NCBI GenBank assembly: GCA_014879535.1
Contig: JACSRX010000089.1
Coordinates: 9,905-73,904, forward strand
Reading direction: 5' to 3'
Length of the DNA: 64,000 bases
Origin: Chthoniobacterales bacterium
Lineage (GTDB): Bacteria; Verrucomicrobiota; Verrucomicrobiia; Chthoniobacterales; JACTMZ01
Shown here piece by piece: positions 27,924-35,732 of the stretch. Position numbers and translations under genes: made by a program. Within the stretch, counting starts at the first letter, position 1; every line of letters begins with the position of its first letter. The notes beneath the pieces were generated by a model. It saw nothing but the letters and a program-made list of their open reading frames with translations. It had not been told where the DNA came from and made no database searches.

Positions 27924-28763
27924 TCACGGGGCCCCGACAATGGGATCAGGAATAAAAATGGCCTTTGCGATGGCTGAACGCGTGAGCACTTCTTTGCCTG
28001 TCGGCCTTTCCTCCCGCGCCATCCCGTGGTAGCGAAGAGGTTGAAACCCGAGTTCAAGCAGTTTGCTAAGCGGGGAGAGTTTCAGCGCAGGCTTCCAATC
28101 AGGAATGCCGCCAGTTTCGTAGTAAAGAATCCAAGATTTGTCCGGCTTCGCCCATCCAGCAACGAGCATCACGTGTTCTCGTGGAATATTCAAAATATCG
28201 CCCGGCCGAAGGTCGAGTGGATCGGCAATCGGATCACAAATTGATGGCAGCTGCGACGAGTCATAAGCGCGGGGAAGTTTCAAGCAACGACTGACAAAAC
28301 CCGAGCAGTCCACTCCTACTGATTCCTCGCTGACGGCGGCGTTGTCGGCGGCACGTTTGGCCGGACTGGATACGTCTCCTCCGGCCAATCCGTTAGCGAT
28401 GCCCGCATCAAAAATCTCTGGGCTGTCGAACCCGCCCCACTTGTAGGGCATCCCCACATTGACCTCACCGGGAACCCACCAACCTTTGAGTCCTGAAGGC
28501 GGTTGGTAGCTCGTGTCCGGCGTGTCAACCCGCACGCCTCTACGGTCAGCGCCGTGGAGAATGTTTCGAGCAAAAGGACGCCAGGCATGGTTGCAATAAA
28601 CCTCAGCGTTCCTTATCGCCTCTGTCGGCGTCACCTGCGAAGGCGCATCGGCCCGACCTGGTTGCAGTGGCGACTCAACGGGCTTTGCTTCCGGTAAGGA
28701 CTGACAACCGATCAGTCCAGCGCTCAATGCGAAAGCACAAAAGCCGCGGCAGAGTTCCAACAT
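27924..28763 (-). CDS. Lipoprotein NlpC/P60 (C40) family cell-wall peptidase
   Basis: ORF 27924..28940, started at ATG 28763 (MLELCRGFCAFALSAGLIGC, lipobox). Catalytic Cys block VGVDCSGFVSRCL and His block REHVMLVAGW. Confidence 0.75.
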   Translation of the reverse strand: MLELCRGFCAFALSAGLIGCQSLPEAKPVESPLQPGRADAPSQVTPTEAIRNAEVYCNHAWRPFARNILHGADRRGVRVDTPDTSYQPPSGLKGWWVPGEVNVGMPYKWGGFDSPEIFDAGIANGLAGGDVSSPAKRAADNAAVSEESVGVDCSGFVSRCLKLPRAYDSSQLPSICDPIADPLDLRPGDILNIPREHVMLVAGWAKPDKSWILYYETGGIPDWKPALKLSPLSKLLELGFQPLRYHGMAREERPTGKEVLTRSAIAKAIFIPDPIVGAP

Positions 28764-28788
28764 CCCAAGAGTTTGACCAATTTCCCGA

Positions 28789-30174
28789 TTGCAGAAAAGC
28801 GCGCGCTTCGACGATGTTTCGGACGTGCCCCATTCGTTGAGAGCCATTGTTTCGATCGGACTTCTTGGCACCTTTCTCATGGTTGGGCTCAGGTCGGCAC
28901 TTGCCGAAACCAGGGCACGGCCGAATACCGCCTTAGTCATCGGGAATTCGCGCTACGAGTCCTCGCTTGGAAGACTCCGAAACCCGGAAAACGATGCCGT
29001 AGCCATCGCCAAGACCCTCCGCTCGCTGGGGTTCGTCGTGATCGAAAAAACGAACGTTAACCGCGATCAGTTCGCGCAAGCAGTCGAGGCATTCCGAAAG
29101 ACTCTGAGTGGCGCTGAGATTGCGATCTTTTACTACGCGGGGCATGGCGTTTCCATCAATGGGTCGAACTACCTCGTGCCTATTAAATCGGGTTTCGAGC
29201 CTGCCGGGACCGATTCCACAGCACTCAGACTGCTGGCGGAGACGCGTCTCTTCAATGCCGAGCAAGCAGTGGCTGACATGGGAGCCGGAGGAGCCCGATG
29301 CAACTTGGTTATACTGGATGCCTGCCGCACTCCGCCCGCTCTCAACCCCGAGCCCGTGCGAAGCTTTGGCGAGCAAAAGGGTCTTACTGAAATGACACCG
29401 CCTGCTGGCTCCCTCATCGCATTTGCATCGGATGCTGGGCAGGTTGCATTTGATGGCGACGGGCGCAACGGACTCTTTACGGAGGAGTTGCTTCGCAACA
29501 TGCGCACGCCGGGGTTGACCATCGAGCAGGTCTTCAAGAAAACCCGTGCTGCTGTCATCGACCGCACCAAAGGTCGGCAAGTTCCAGCTGAGTATTCCCG
29601 TCTCGTCGGCGACGACGTCTATCTGGCAGGAAAACTGGCTAGAGCACCAACGAGTCCCCCGGTCTCTTCGAGTCCCGAGGCGGTCGTTTCGCGAGCCGAA
29701 TCAGATCCCCTCACCAAACTCCGGTCATGGTCACAAGAAAGTGGCTCCGAGTCTGAAATGTTGGCTGCTATTTCTGCCATTCTTGAGGAGTCCAAGCTTT
29801 CCCTCAAGGATGCCGAATCAGCCAACCCTCGCATTCTGACCGTCGCCGAGCAATGCGGCGAACTGACAAAAATCATTCCATCGCTCGTCCCAAATGAGCA
29901 CCCACGATTTCGTGGTCTTCAAGCAAAAGCGTTCAGCCGCTATGGTGATGCTTTGCTCGTGCTCGGAAAACCAACCGAGGCCCACGCTGCATTCAAAGCA
30001 GCCGTCTCGGTGGACCCCGAGGATGCTTATCTCCTCTACAATCGTGGCCGCGCAGCGCTCGCTCTCGGGAACAAAGAAGACGCCAAAGCCGACTTCAACG
30101 CCGCCGCAGGCCCACGCTTCTCTCAACCGGGTGCCAAACGACTTGCTCTCGAAGCTCTGAACTCACTCAACTGA
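28789..30174 (+). CDS. Secreted caspase-fold (peptidase C14) protease with C-terminal TPR repeats
   Basis: 461-aa ORF (TTG 28789, alternative GTG 28825). Hydrophobic leader SLRAIVSIGLLGTFLMVGLRSALA, His block IFYYAGHGV, Cys block LVILDACR, and a TPR-like tail (AFSRYGDALLVLGKPTEAHAAFKAAVSVDPEDAYLLYNRGRAALALGNKEDAKADF). Confidence 0.8.
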   Translation: MQKSARFDDVSDVPHSLRAIVSIGLLGTFLMVGLRSALAETRARPNTALVIGNSRYESSLGRLRNPENDAVAIAKTLRSLGFVVIEKTNVNRDQFAQAVEAFRKTLSGAEIAIFYYAGHGVSINGSNYLVPIKSGFEPAGTDSTALRLLAETRLFNAEQAVADMGAGGARCNLVILDACRTPPALNPEPVRSFGEQKGLTEMTPPAGSLIAFASDAGQVAFDGDGRNGLFTEELLRNMRTPGLTIEQVFKKTRAAVIDRTKGRQVPAEYSRLVGDDVYLAGKLARAPTSPPVSSSPEAVVSRAESDPLTKLRSWSQESGSESEMLAAISAILEESKLSLKDAESANPRILTVAEQCGELTKIIPSLVPNEHPRFRGLQAKAFSRYGDALLVLGKPTEAHAAFKAAVSVDPEDAYLLYNRGRAALALGNKEDAKADFNAAAGPRFSQPGAKRLALEALNSLN

Positions 30175-30334
30175 GCATTCTGGAGCAAGTCTGAATGCCT
30201 AAACCGTGCGGCTGCCCCTCCTCAACGACCGAGGTGGAAGCGAGGGATAGGCTGGCTACAGCGTTCCTTGGGTGACCCCGAGTTGGTGAGTAGCGCGAAG
30301 TTCGCGCCAGAGGTCGGTGCCGCGCGCCAAAAGC

Positions 30335-30362
30335 AAAAGGGGTCTGTCAACAAATCCTGACA
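30335..30362. repeat. Right copy (reverse complement) of the perfect 28-bp inverted repeat
   Basis: AAAAGGGGTCTGTCAACAAATCCTGACA is the exact reverse complement of 27825-27852. Confidence 0.9.
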
Positions 30363-30393
30363 ATATCTCCCTTGCAGCGAACCCGTGGATCGC

Positions 30394-30765
30394 TCAAGCC
30401 CGCTCGAGCCCGTGCGCCAAGAAAGGCGTGAAGTCGTGCTGATTTCCCGTGGCCAAGCGCGCTCCCGCCACGAGGGCCGTGGCTGCAATCATGGCGTCCA
30501 CACGGAGGCTACGCTTTCGTCCGGCCGCATTGAACAGGCATGAGGCTTCACGGGCTTGTGCCTCCGCGAACGGGATCACCTCGGCAAGGAACCCCCGCAT
30601 GATCTCCTCCTGCTCCGGCGTGACCGGACCGCAGAGGAGTTCATACCAAGCCGGCATCGGCGCCAAGAGGCGCTCGCCGCGGCGATACCACGCCATGATG
30701 CGTTCGGCCTCCTCCGAACCCGGTTCGAGGCAGCGGATGAGGTAATTCGTGTCGAGGCAGATCAC
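30394..30765 (-). CDS. vapC: Type II toxin VapC (PIN domain RNase)
   Basis: 123-aa ORF with MICLDTNYLI (first acidic residue), VDAMIAATA and GNQHDF. The GTG start overlaps the vapB stop (GTGA). Confidence 0.85.
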   Translation of the reverse strand: MICLDTNYLIRCLEPGSEEAERIMAWYRRGERLLAPMPAWYELLCGPVTPEQEEIMRGFLAEVIPFAEAQAREASCLFNAAGRKRSLRVDAMIAATALVAGARLATGNQHDFTPFLAHGLERA

Positions 30766-31025
30766 GACGAGGCGCGCCAGTTTTTGCGGTCTTCGTCGAT
30801 CTCGGCGATCCAGCGGTCGGCTTCCGCTTTGGCAACGCCGCCGCCCTTGGCGTGCAAAGCGTGCAGCAGCGCCACCGGATCACTCCCCGCTGTTTGCGCC
30901 GTCAGGTCGGACCGCTCGACGGAGCGTCTGACGACTTCGGCCTGTGACACATTCCACAGCTTCGCCAAGCGCTTGAGACGCCAGGCTGTTGTTTCGTCCA
31001 AAGCGAAGGTCGTGCGGTAAGTCAT
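30762..31025 (-). CDS. vapB: Type II antitoxin, ribbon-helix-helix/VapB-like
   Basis: ORF 30762..31058, started at ATG 31025. Product MTYRTTFALDETTAWRLKRLAKLWNVSQAEVVRRSV has an RHH-like N-terminus. Confidence 0.7.
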   Translation of the reverse strand: MTYRTTFALDETTAWRLKRLAKLWNVSQAEVVRRSVERSDLTAQTAGSDPVALLHALHAKGGGVAKAEADRWIAEIDEDRKNWRASS

Positions 31026-31184
31026 GGTAGGCATACCATCACGTTTCATCCGCGGCAAGGCGCTTCAAACCCTCTCCGGCCGCTTCCACAATGTCCTTTG
31101 GATCGCGGCGCATATCTCCTCACCCCTAACCCGCAGGACTTCCGCGGCATCGACGGACTCGAAGTGCTTCCCTATGGCAATTGA

Positions 31185-32516
31185 TCAGGACGCCGTCTCG
31201 GCGGCCGGGGTTTCCACGGGGACGGACGATCCTTGTCCGAGGTTGTAGAGGAAATTCCCGAGGAACCCGAGGGCCCCGACCACGAGAAACACGGCGCCGA
31301 GTCCGAGCATCTGCTCCTCGCTCCCCCACGCGCCGACCACGACCAGGCCCGCGCCCACGGCGTAATTGAAGAACGAGGCGAGAAGCACCTGTCCGGCAAT
31401 CTTTTCCTTGTCGGTCTGTTCGGCCCCTGCGCCGTTGCGCAGCTTCTGGAGCTGGAAAATCACGGCCACGAGTCCCGGCACCGCCGTGGCGATCAGCGCC
31501 GTCAGTCCCGTCGTCCAGTCCAAGGCCATGACGGGGATCGCCGCGGGGGCGACCGTTTCCGCCAGCCCCTCCGCCGCCTGCGGATCGAGGGCTGCAACCG
31601 GCTCGATGCCGAGCCGCTCCGCCACATTGTAGATCAGCACCGCGGCCGCGGCGGGGATCATCCAGACCGAGGCGAGGAGGATTTTGGCATCCCAACCGAG
31701 TTCCCGTTCGGTCCGTCGTTGGAGAAGGAACCAGAAATCCCCGAGGAAGATCAGCGAACCGGCCATGAACACCCCGGCGGTGAGCAGCAGGAACTGCAGG
31801 GGTCCGAACGTCGTTGCGGCAAAGCTCCATGCCACGCCGACATTGATGACCGACAGCGCATACCACGCTGCCGGTGTGCGCTCCTGCACAGCCCCCACGG
31901 CCGGGGGCGTCACCCGCAGGGCAAGCCCGATCTGCGCGTTGAAAAGGACGCCGGCAACCACGAAAAGCAGCCAGCCTGCGCTCCAATTCGTTCCGGCAAG
32001 GAAGGGCAGCGGAGGGTTCGCCGCGAACGGGAGCCCCATGAACGCGGCCACGGCCAGCCAGACGCAGACGGTGCTGACGAAGGCGCTCGCGGCATCCGGC
32101 CTTTCCATGCGCCGCAGCGAGAGCGCCACATTGACGATGAACACAACCGCCCCGCAGGCGATGAACGTCGCCCCCATGGAAGCCTGCGGCAGATCCGGGA
32201 CAAACGGCAGCAGCATCACCACCATCATCCCGGCGATGTGGAATCCGTAATGCAGGAACACCATCTGTTTTCCCGCAAGGGGAACGCCGAACGCCTGCGG
32301 AAGGGCCCAGTAAATCGCACCGAACACGGCGGGCAGGCCGAATCCGTAGATCATGAGGTTGATCCATGCCTGACCGTGGCCCGTGAGCGTCTCCCCAAGG
32401 AGGAAACCGGGCCGGACGGCCAGCATGAGGCAGCCGAGGGCGAGAAAAACCAGCGCCGTGACGGCGAAGGTGATCGCCCCGGCGTGCGAGGAAGCATTGG
32501 TGTCTGTGTTGTTCAT
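31185..32516 (-). CDS. Polytopic membrane protein with a degenerate CcoN (heme-copper oxidase subunit I) helix-VI-like motif
   Basis: ORF 31185..32636, started at ATG 32516, which overlaps the ccoI stop (ATGA). About 12 TM helices. GHGQAWINLMIYGFGLPAVFGAIYWALPQAFGVP resembles [28 protein letters not shown] of the ccoNO product in this window. Confidence 0.7.
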   Translation of the reverse strand: MNNTDTNASSHAGAITFAVTALVFLALGCLMLAVRPGFLLGETLTGHGQAWINLMIYGFGLPAVFGAIYWALPQAFGVPLAGKQMVFLHYGFHIAGMMVVMLLPFVPDLPQASMGATFIACGAVVFIVNVALSLRRMERPDAASAFVSTVCVWLAVAAFMGLPFAANPPLPFLAGTNWSAGWLLFVVAGVLFNAQIGLALRVTPPAVGAVQERTPAAWYALSVINVGVAWSFAATTFGPLQFLLLTAGVFMAGSLIFLGDFWFLLQRRTERELGWDAKILLASVWMIPAAAAVLIYNVAERLGIEPVAALDPQAAEGLAETVAPAAIPVMALDWTTGLTALIATAVPGLVAVIFQLQKLRNGAGAEQTDKEKIAGQVLLASFFNYAVGAGLVVVGAWGSEEQMLGLGAVFLVVGALGFLGNFLYNLGQGSSVPVETPAAETAS

Positions 32517-34909
32517 AAGCGTTTGGTGTTTGGAAAATATCCGGAAGCGGGAACCCGGAACCCGGCAAGGACGATGCCGATGGAAACCAACGAGCTGAGC
32601 GGCATGATCACGGCCGCCACAAGCGGACTCATCCATCCGGCCAGCGAGGCGGAAACTGCCAGCGCGTTGTAGGTCATCGCGAATGCGAACACCCGGAGCG
32701 TCGTCCGCCGGTGGCTTCGCCCCGCCCCGAACAACGTGCCGAGGCCGTTCAATCCCCTTCCGAGCAGGTAAAAATCCGCCTTGTGCTCGAGCAGCCCCGC
32801 ATCGACGGCGGGCGTTCCCCGGCAGAGCGCCGCATCGAATGCCAGGCTGTCATTGGCCCCGTCTCCGAGCATGAGCGCATTGCCCGCCCAGCGACGCCGC
32901 ACAAGGTCGGCCTTGTCATCCGGCGTCAATCCACCCAGCGCATGTCCCTCCGGGAGCGCGAGCGTTCCGCCCATTTTCTCCACGCGGGCCTGTTCGTCAC
33001 CGCTCAGGAGGTAAACATCCATCCCGGCAGCTTGGAACTGCGCCACCTGCGCCGCGGCATCGGGGCGCAACTCCTCGCGGAAACGGAACCGGGCGACCTC
33101 GGTTCCATCAAGTGCCAGCACGGTCCCGCCGGAGTCATCGCCTTCCATCACCCACGAGCAGCGACCGAGTCTCCAACACCCGACCGGCGACTCCCATTCG
33201 AGACCCATGCCGGGGATTTCACGCACCGCACCATCTCCTTGGGCGGGCTCGATTCCGGACGACAGCAGCGCCTCGCGCAGGCATGCCGCCACCGGATGCA
33301 GACTCCGCTCCACCATGCGCAGGAGGTAGGACTTGGTCTGCACGGACAATTCGCCGAACACCCCGGGATTCGCCGGACGCAGGGTTTCCAAGGTGATCGT
33401 CCCGGTCTTGTCGAAAAGCAGCGTGGTCACATGCCTGAGCCGCGCCCAGACGGAGCCCGCGCGGAGGTAAACCCCGTATTGCTGGAGCCGGGCCGCGGCG
33501 ATGTCGTCAAGAAGCGGCAAAGCCACGCCGATGGCGCACGGGCATGACACCACGAGCACGGAAATCATCACCTGGAATGCGGACAACCAGCTCCCGGCGC
33601 CGAATCCCCACGCGAAAAACCCCGTCGCCGCCAGCGTGAGGACGACTCCGAGGTAGATCCGGATCAGCCTCTCCAGCCCGCGGTTGCGCCATTCGCGCTC
33701 GGCATCGATGCGCAGCAACGCGGACAGCTGCGATTCCTCCCATCCCTCCAGCGCCTCGAAGGTCAGATCGCCGTCATCCAAGCTCCGCGCCCCCGCCGGC
33801 ACGATGCCGCCCGCGGAAAAACTTCTCGGCGCCGGCTCACCAGTGATCCAGTTGAGGGCGAACGTCGCCCCGCGATGGCGCAACCTCGACCGCACAGGCA
33901 CCACTTGGTTGCGGGCGACGATGAACTCTTCACCACCGCTGATTTCCCGGGCCTCCACTTCCTCCGTGGCGTCGCCCCGGACCATCCGCACGCGTCCCGG
34001 CGACAGCCGCAGCCCGAGCAGCCTCCGGCGGTTCGCCTCGACCGCCCGCTCCTGCAACCAGCGCCCGAGCAGCATCAGGAACGTGAAGATCGAGACGAAA
34101 TCGAAATAGTTCAGGCTGTGCTGGTCCTTCAGCCACGCGCCGACGGACCCCGCATAGGCGAAAAGCAACCCGAGGGAAATCGGCAGGTCGATATGCAGCG
34201 CCCCCATCCGCAGCGCAGCCCAAGCGCGGCGGAAGAAATACGTCCCCCCGAGGGCAATGCTCGCGGTGGCCAGCCCGAAGGAAATGATGTCGAACAACGC
34301 CACCAAGGCATCGCCGGGGTCCATGCTGAAGTAGCGGGGCGAGGCGAACAGCATCGCATTCATCGCAAGGAACCCGCACAGGCCGAGCTTGCGGGTGAGC
34401 GCCCCCAGCGACGCGGAAGTCTTGCCCTGCAGCGGCCCCAACAGGTAGCCGAACCGCTGGAGGTCCCTCGCGTAGGCCGCGAGATCGGACATTCCCGTGT
34501 TCCACCGCAGGCGCACGGTGCCCGACGAGGAATTGACGAGGCAGGAGATGGCACCCGGATGCTCCATGAACACGGCCTCGATCAGCCAGACGCACCCTGC
34601 GCACGAGATCCCCTGCACATCGACCATGACCTCGGTCATCTCCTCCCCATTCGCCTCGGCGGTGCGCTGCAGCTCGCCGATCCACCGGTAATCGCGCTCA
34701 TGGAAGACAAAGCTGCCCGCCGGCACCATGGTCTCGCCGAAATTGTAGAACTCCTCCAATCCCCGCTTGTGCAGCAGATGGTGGACGAACCGGCAGCCTT
34801 CGCAGCAGAACTCCTGCTCGTCCGACACCGGATGGAACCGCGTGTGGCAGTGCCGGCATTCAGCGTGCTTTCGTGCTGGAGCGGACGTTTTCAATGGCAC
34901 ATGGGGCAT
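32513..34909 (-). CDS. ccoI: Copper-translocating P1B-type ATPase for cbb3 oxidase maturation (CcoI/FixI)
   Basis: Started at ATG 34909, not the ORF-track 35500 (that extension is Arg/Gly-rich junk overlapping the upstream gene). Cys-rich N-terminus CRHCHTRF..CCEGCRFV, CPC (VVSCPCAIG), FDKTGTIT and GDGANDS. Confidence 0.9.
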   Translation of the reverse strand: MPHVPLKTSAPARKHAECRHCHTRFHPVSDEQEFCCEGCRFVHHLLHKRGLEEFYNFGETMVPAGSFVFHERDYRWIGELQRTAEANGEEMTEVMVDVQGISCAGCVWLIEAVFMEHPGAISCLVNSSSGTVRLRWNTGMSDLAAYARDLQRFGYLLGPLQGKTSASLGALTRKLGLCGFLAMNAMLFASPRYFSMDPGDALVALFDIISFGLATASIALGGTYFFRRAWAALRMGALHIDLPISLGLLFAYAGSVGAWLKDQHSLNYFDFVSIFTFLMLLGRWLQERAVEANRRRLLGLRLSPGRVRMVRGDATEEVEAREISGGEEFIVARNQVVPVRSRLRHRGATFALNWITGEPAPRSFSAGGIVPAGARSLDDGDLTFEALEGWEESQLSALLRIDAEREWRNRGLERLIRIYLGVVLTLAATGFFAWGFGAGSWLSAFQVMISVLVVSCPCAIGVALPLLDDIAAARLQQYGVYLRAGSVWARLRHVTTLLFDKTGTITLETLRPANPGVFGELSVQTKSYLLRMVERSLHPVAACLREALLSSGIEPAQGDGAVREIPGMGLEWESPVGCWRLGRCSWVMEGDDSGGTVLALDGTEVARFRFREELRPDAAAQVAQFQAAGMDVYLLSGDEQARVEKMGGTLALPEGHALGGLTPDDKADLVRRRWAGNALMLGDGANDSLAFDAALCRGTPAVDAGLLEHKADFYLLGRGLNGLGTLFGAGRSHRRTTLRVFAFAMTYNALAVSASLAGWMSPLVAAVIMPLSSLVSIGIVLAGFRVPASGYFPNTKRL

Positions 34910-35556
34910 CCGGTCGATGCCGTGTAGGTCCCCCGCATCAGCAGAAGGACAATGCTGGCCAGCGCCAGCCCGCGCCTCAGGTAATCCATCGTCGCCGGGC
35001 TCAACCGGCTGCCGACCCGGAAAAACTGCGACTGCAACGCCATGAGCAGCGGCACCGTGCCGAGGGCGAACGACGCCATGATCACGCCGCCCGTCCACGC
35101 CGAGCCGGACAGCGTCGCGGCCACGACCACGAGATACAGCGGCGCGCAAGGCAGCAGCGGCGTGAAAAATCCGAGCACTCCCGCGCGTCCGCGCACACCG
35201 CAAAGCGCCGAGGTCGTGCCGAGGAAGGCCATCGCCCCCTTGGGCATCGGCACCCGGAGACGCTTGTCGAGTCCCACCACCACCGCGAGGAAGAACAGCA
35301 CGAAAAGCCATGTGATCCAGCCGGTGGCCCCGCCGAGCAGGGCATCGGACAGCCGGCGCCCGACCAGTCCTCCGGCCAGCCCGACCAGGGTGTAGGACAC
35401 GACACGCGACGCGTGGTAAACGAACACGGCCGCCATGCTTCCCTGCCCCCCGCCGCGGGCGCAAGCCGCACAGGCCAGCGGACCGCACATGCCCACGCAA
35501 TGCAGGCTTGTGACAAGGCCCGCGACGAACGCCGCCACCGGTCCTGTGATTTCCAT
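34891..35556 (-). CDS. TauE/SafE-DsbD_2-like membrane protein of the cco assembly cluster
   Basis: ATG 35556 inside ORF 34891..35703. 221 aa, about 6 TM helices, SLHCVGMCGP motif, C-terminal CPMCH. Overlaps the ccoI start by 19 nt. Confidence 0.7.
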   Translation of the reverse strand: MEITGPVAAFVAGLVTSLHCVGMCGPLACAACARGGGQGSMAAVFVYHASRVVSYTLVGLAGGLVGRRLSDALLGGATGWITWLFVLFFLAVVVGLDKRLRVPMPKGAMAFLGTTSALCGVRGRAGVLGFFTPLLPCAPLYLVVVAATLSGSAWTGGVIMASFALGTVPLLMALQSQFFRVGSRLSPATMDYLRRGLALASIVLLLMRGTYTASTGCPMCH

Positions 35557-35564
35557 CGCGCTGT

Positions 35565-35732
35565 TCACGTCTTCCCCCTCCCCTGCAGAACGACGGCCTC
35601 CTCGGCCGGCGTGAGACGGCGCGAAGGCGCCCGCTGGCTGATGTTGTAGGTCACAACCCACATGGCGATGAGCAGCAGGAACGCGACCCATACGAGCAGC
35701 CACGGGCGCTTGGATAGGAATCCTGCGCTCAT
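35565..35732 (-). CDS. 55-aa single-TM protein in the position normally held by ccoH/fixH
   Basis: The ATG overlaps the ccoG stop (ATGA at 35729-35732). Product MSAGFLSKRPWLLVWVAFLLLIAMWVVTYNISQRAPSRRLTPAEEAVVLQGRGKT. Confidence 0.5.
   Translation of the reverse strand: MSAGFLSKRPWLLVWVAFLLLIAMWVVTYNISQRAPSRRLTPAEEAVVLQGRGKT

Noticed and set aside
27924-28763. Whether the caspase neighbour could be a bacterial gasdermin (as in caspase-like protease plus gasdermin defence operons)
   Set aside because: The neighbour has a lipoprotein signal and the NlpC/P60 Cys and His blocks (VDCSGFVSRCL, HVMLVAGW). It is divergently transcribed and is not gasdermin-like.
27825-30362. Possible Tn3-family ends: the inner part of the 28-bp repeat reads GGGGTCTG..., like the GGGGTCTGACGCTCAG terminus of Tn3-type inverted repeats
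   Set aside because: Only about 8 nt match. For the boxed cassette, the GGGG would sit at the inner rather than the outer end. No Tn3 transposase, resolvase or res site is present. The resemblance is noted, but I make no family assignment.
34910-35500. 197-aa N-terminal extension of the ccoI ORF in the supplied track
   Set aside because: The extension is Arg/Gly/Ala-rich and overlaps the TauE/DsbD_2-like gene in another frame. The Cys-rich metal-binding N-terminus typical of CcoI starts right at ATG 34909.
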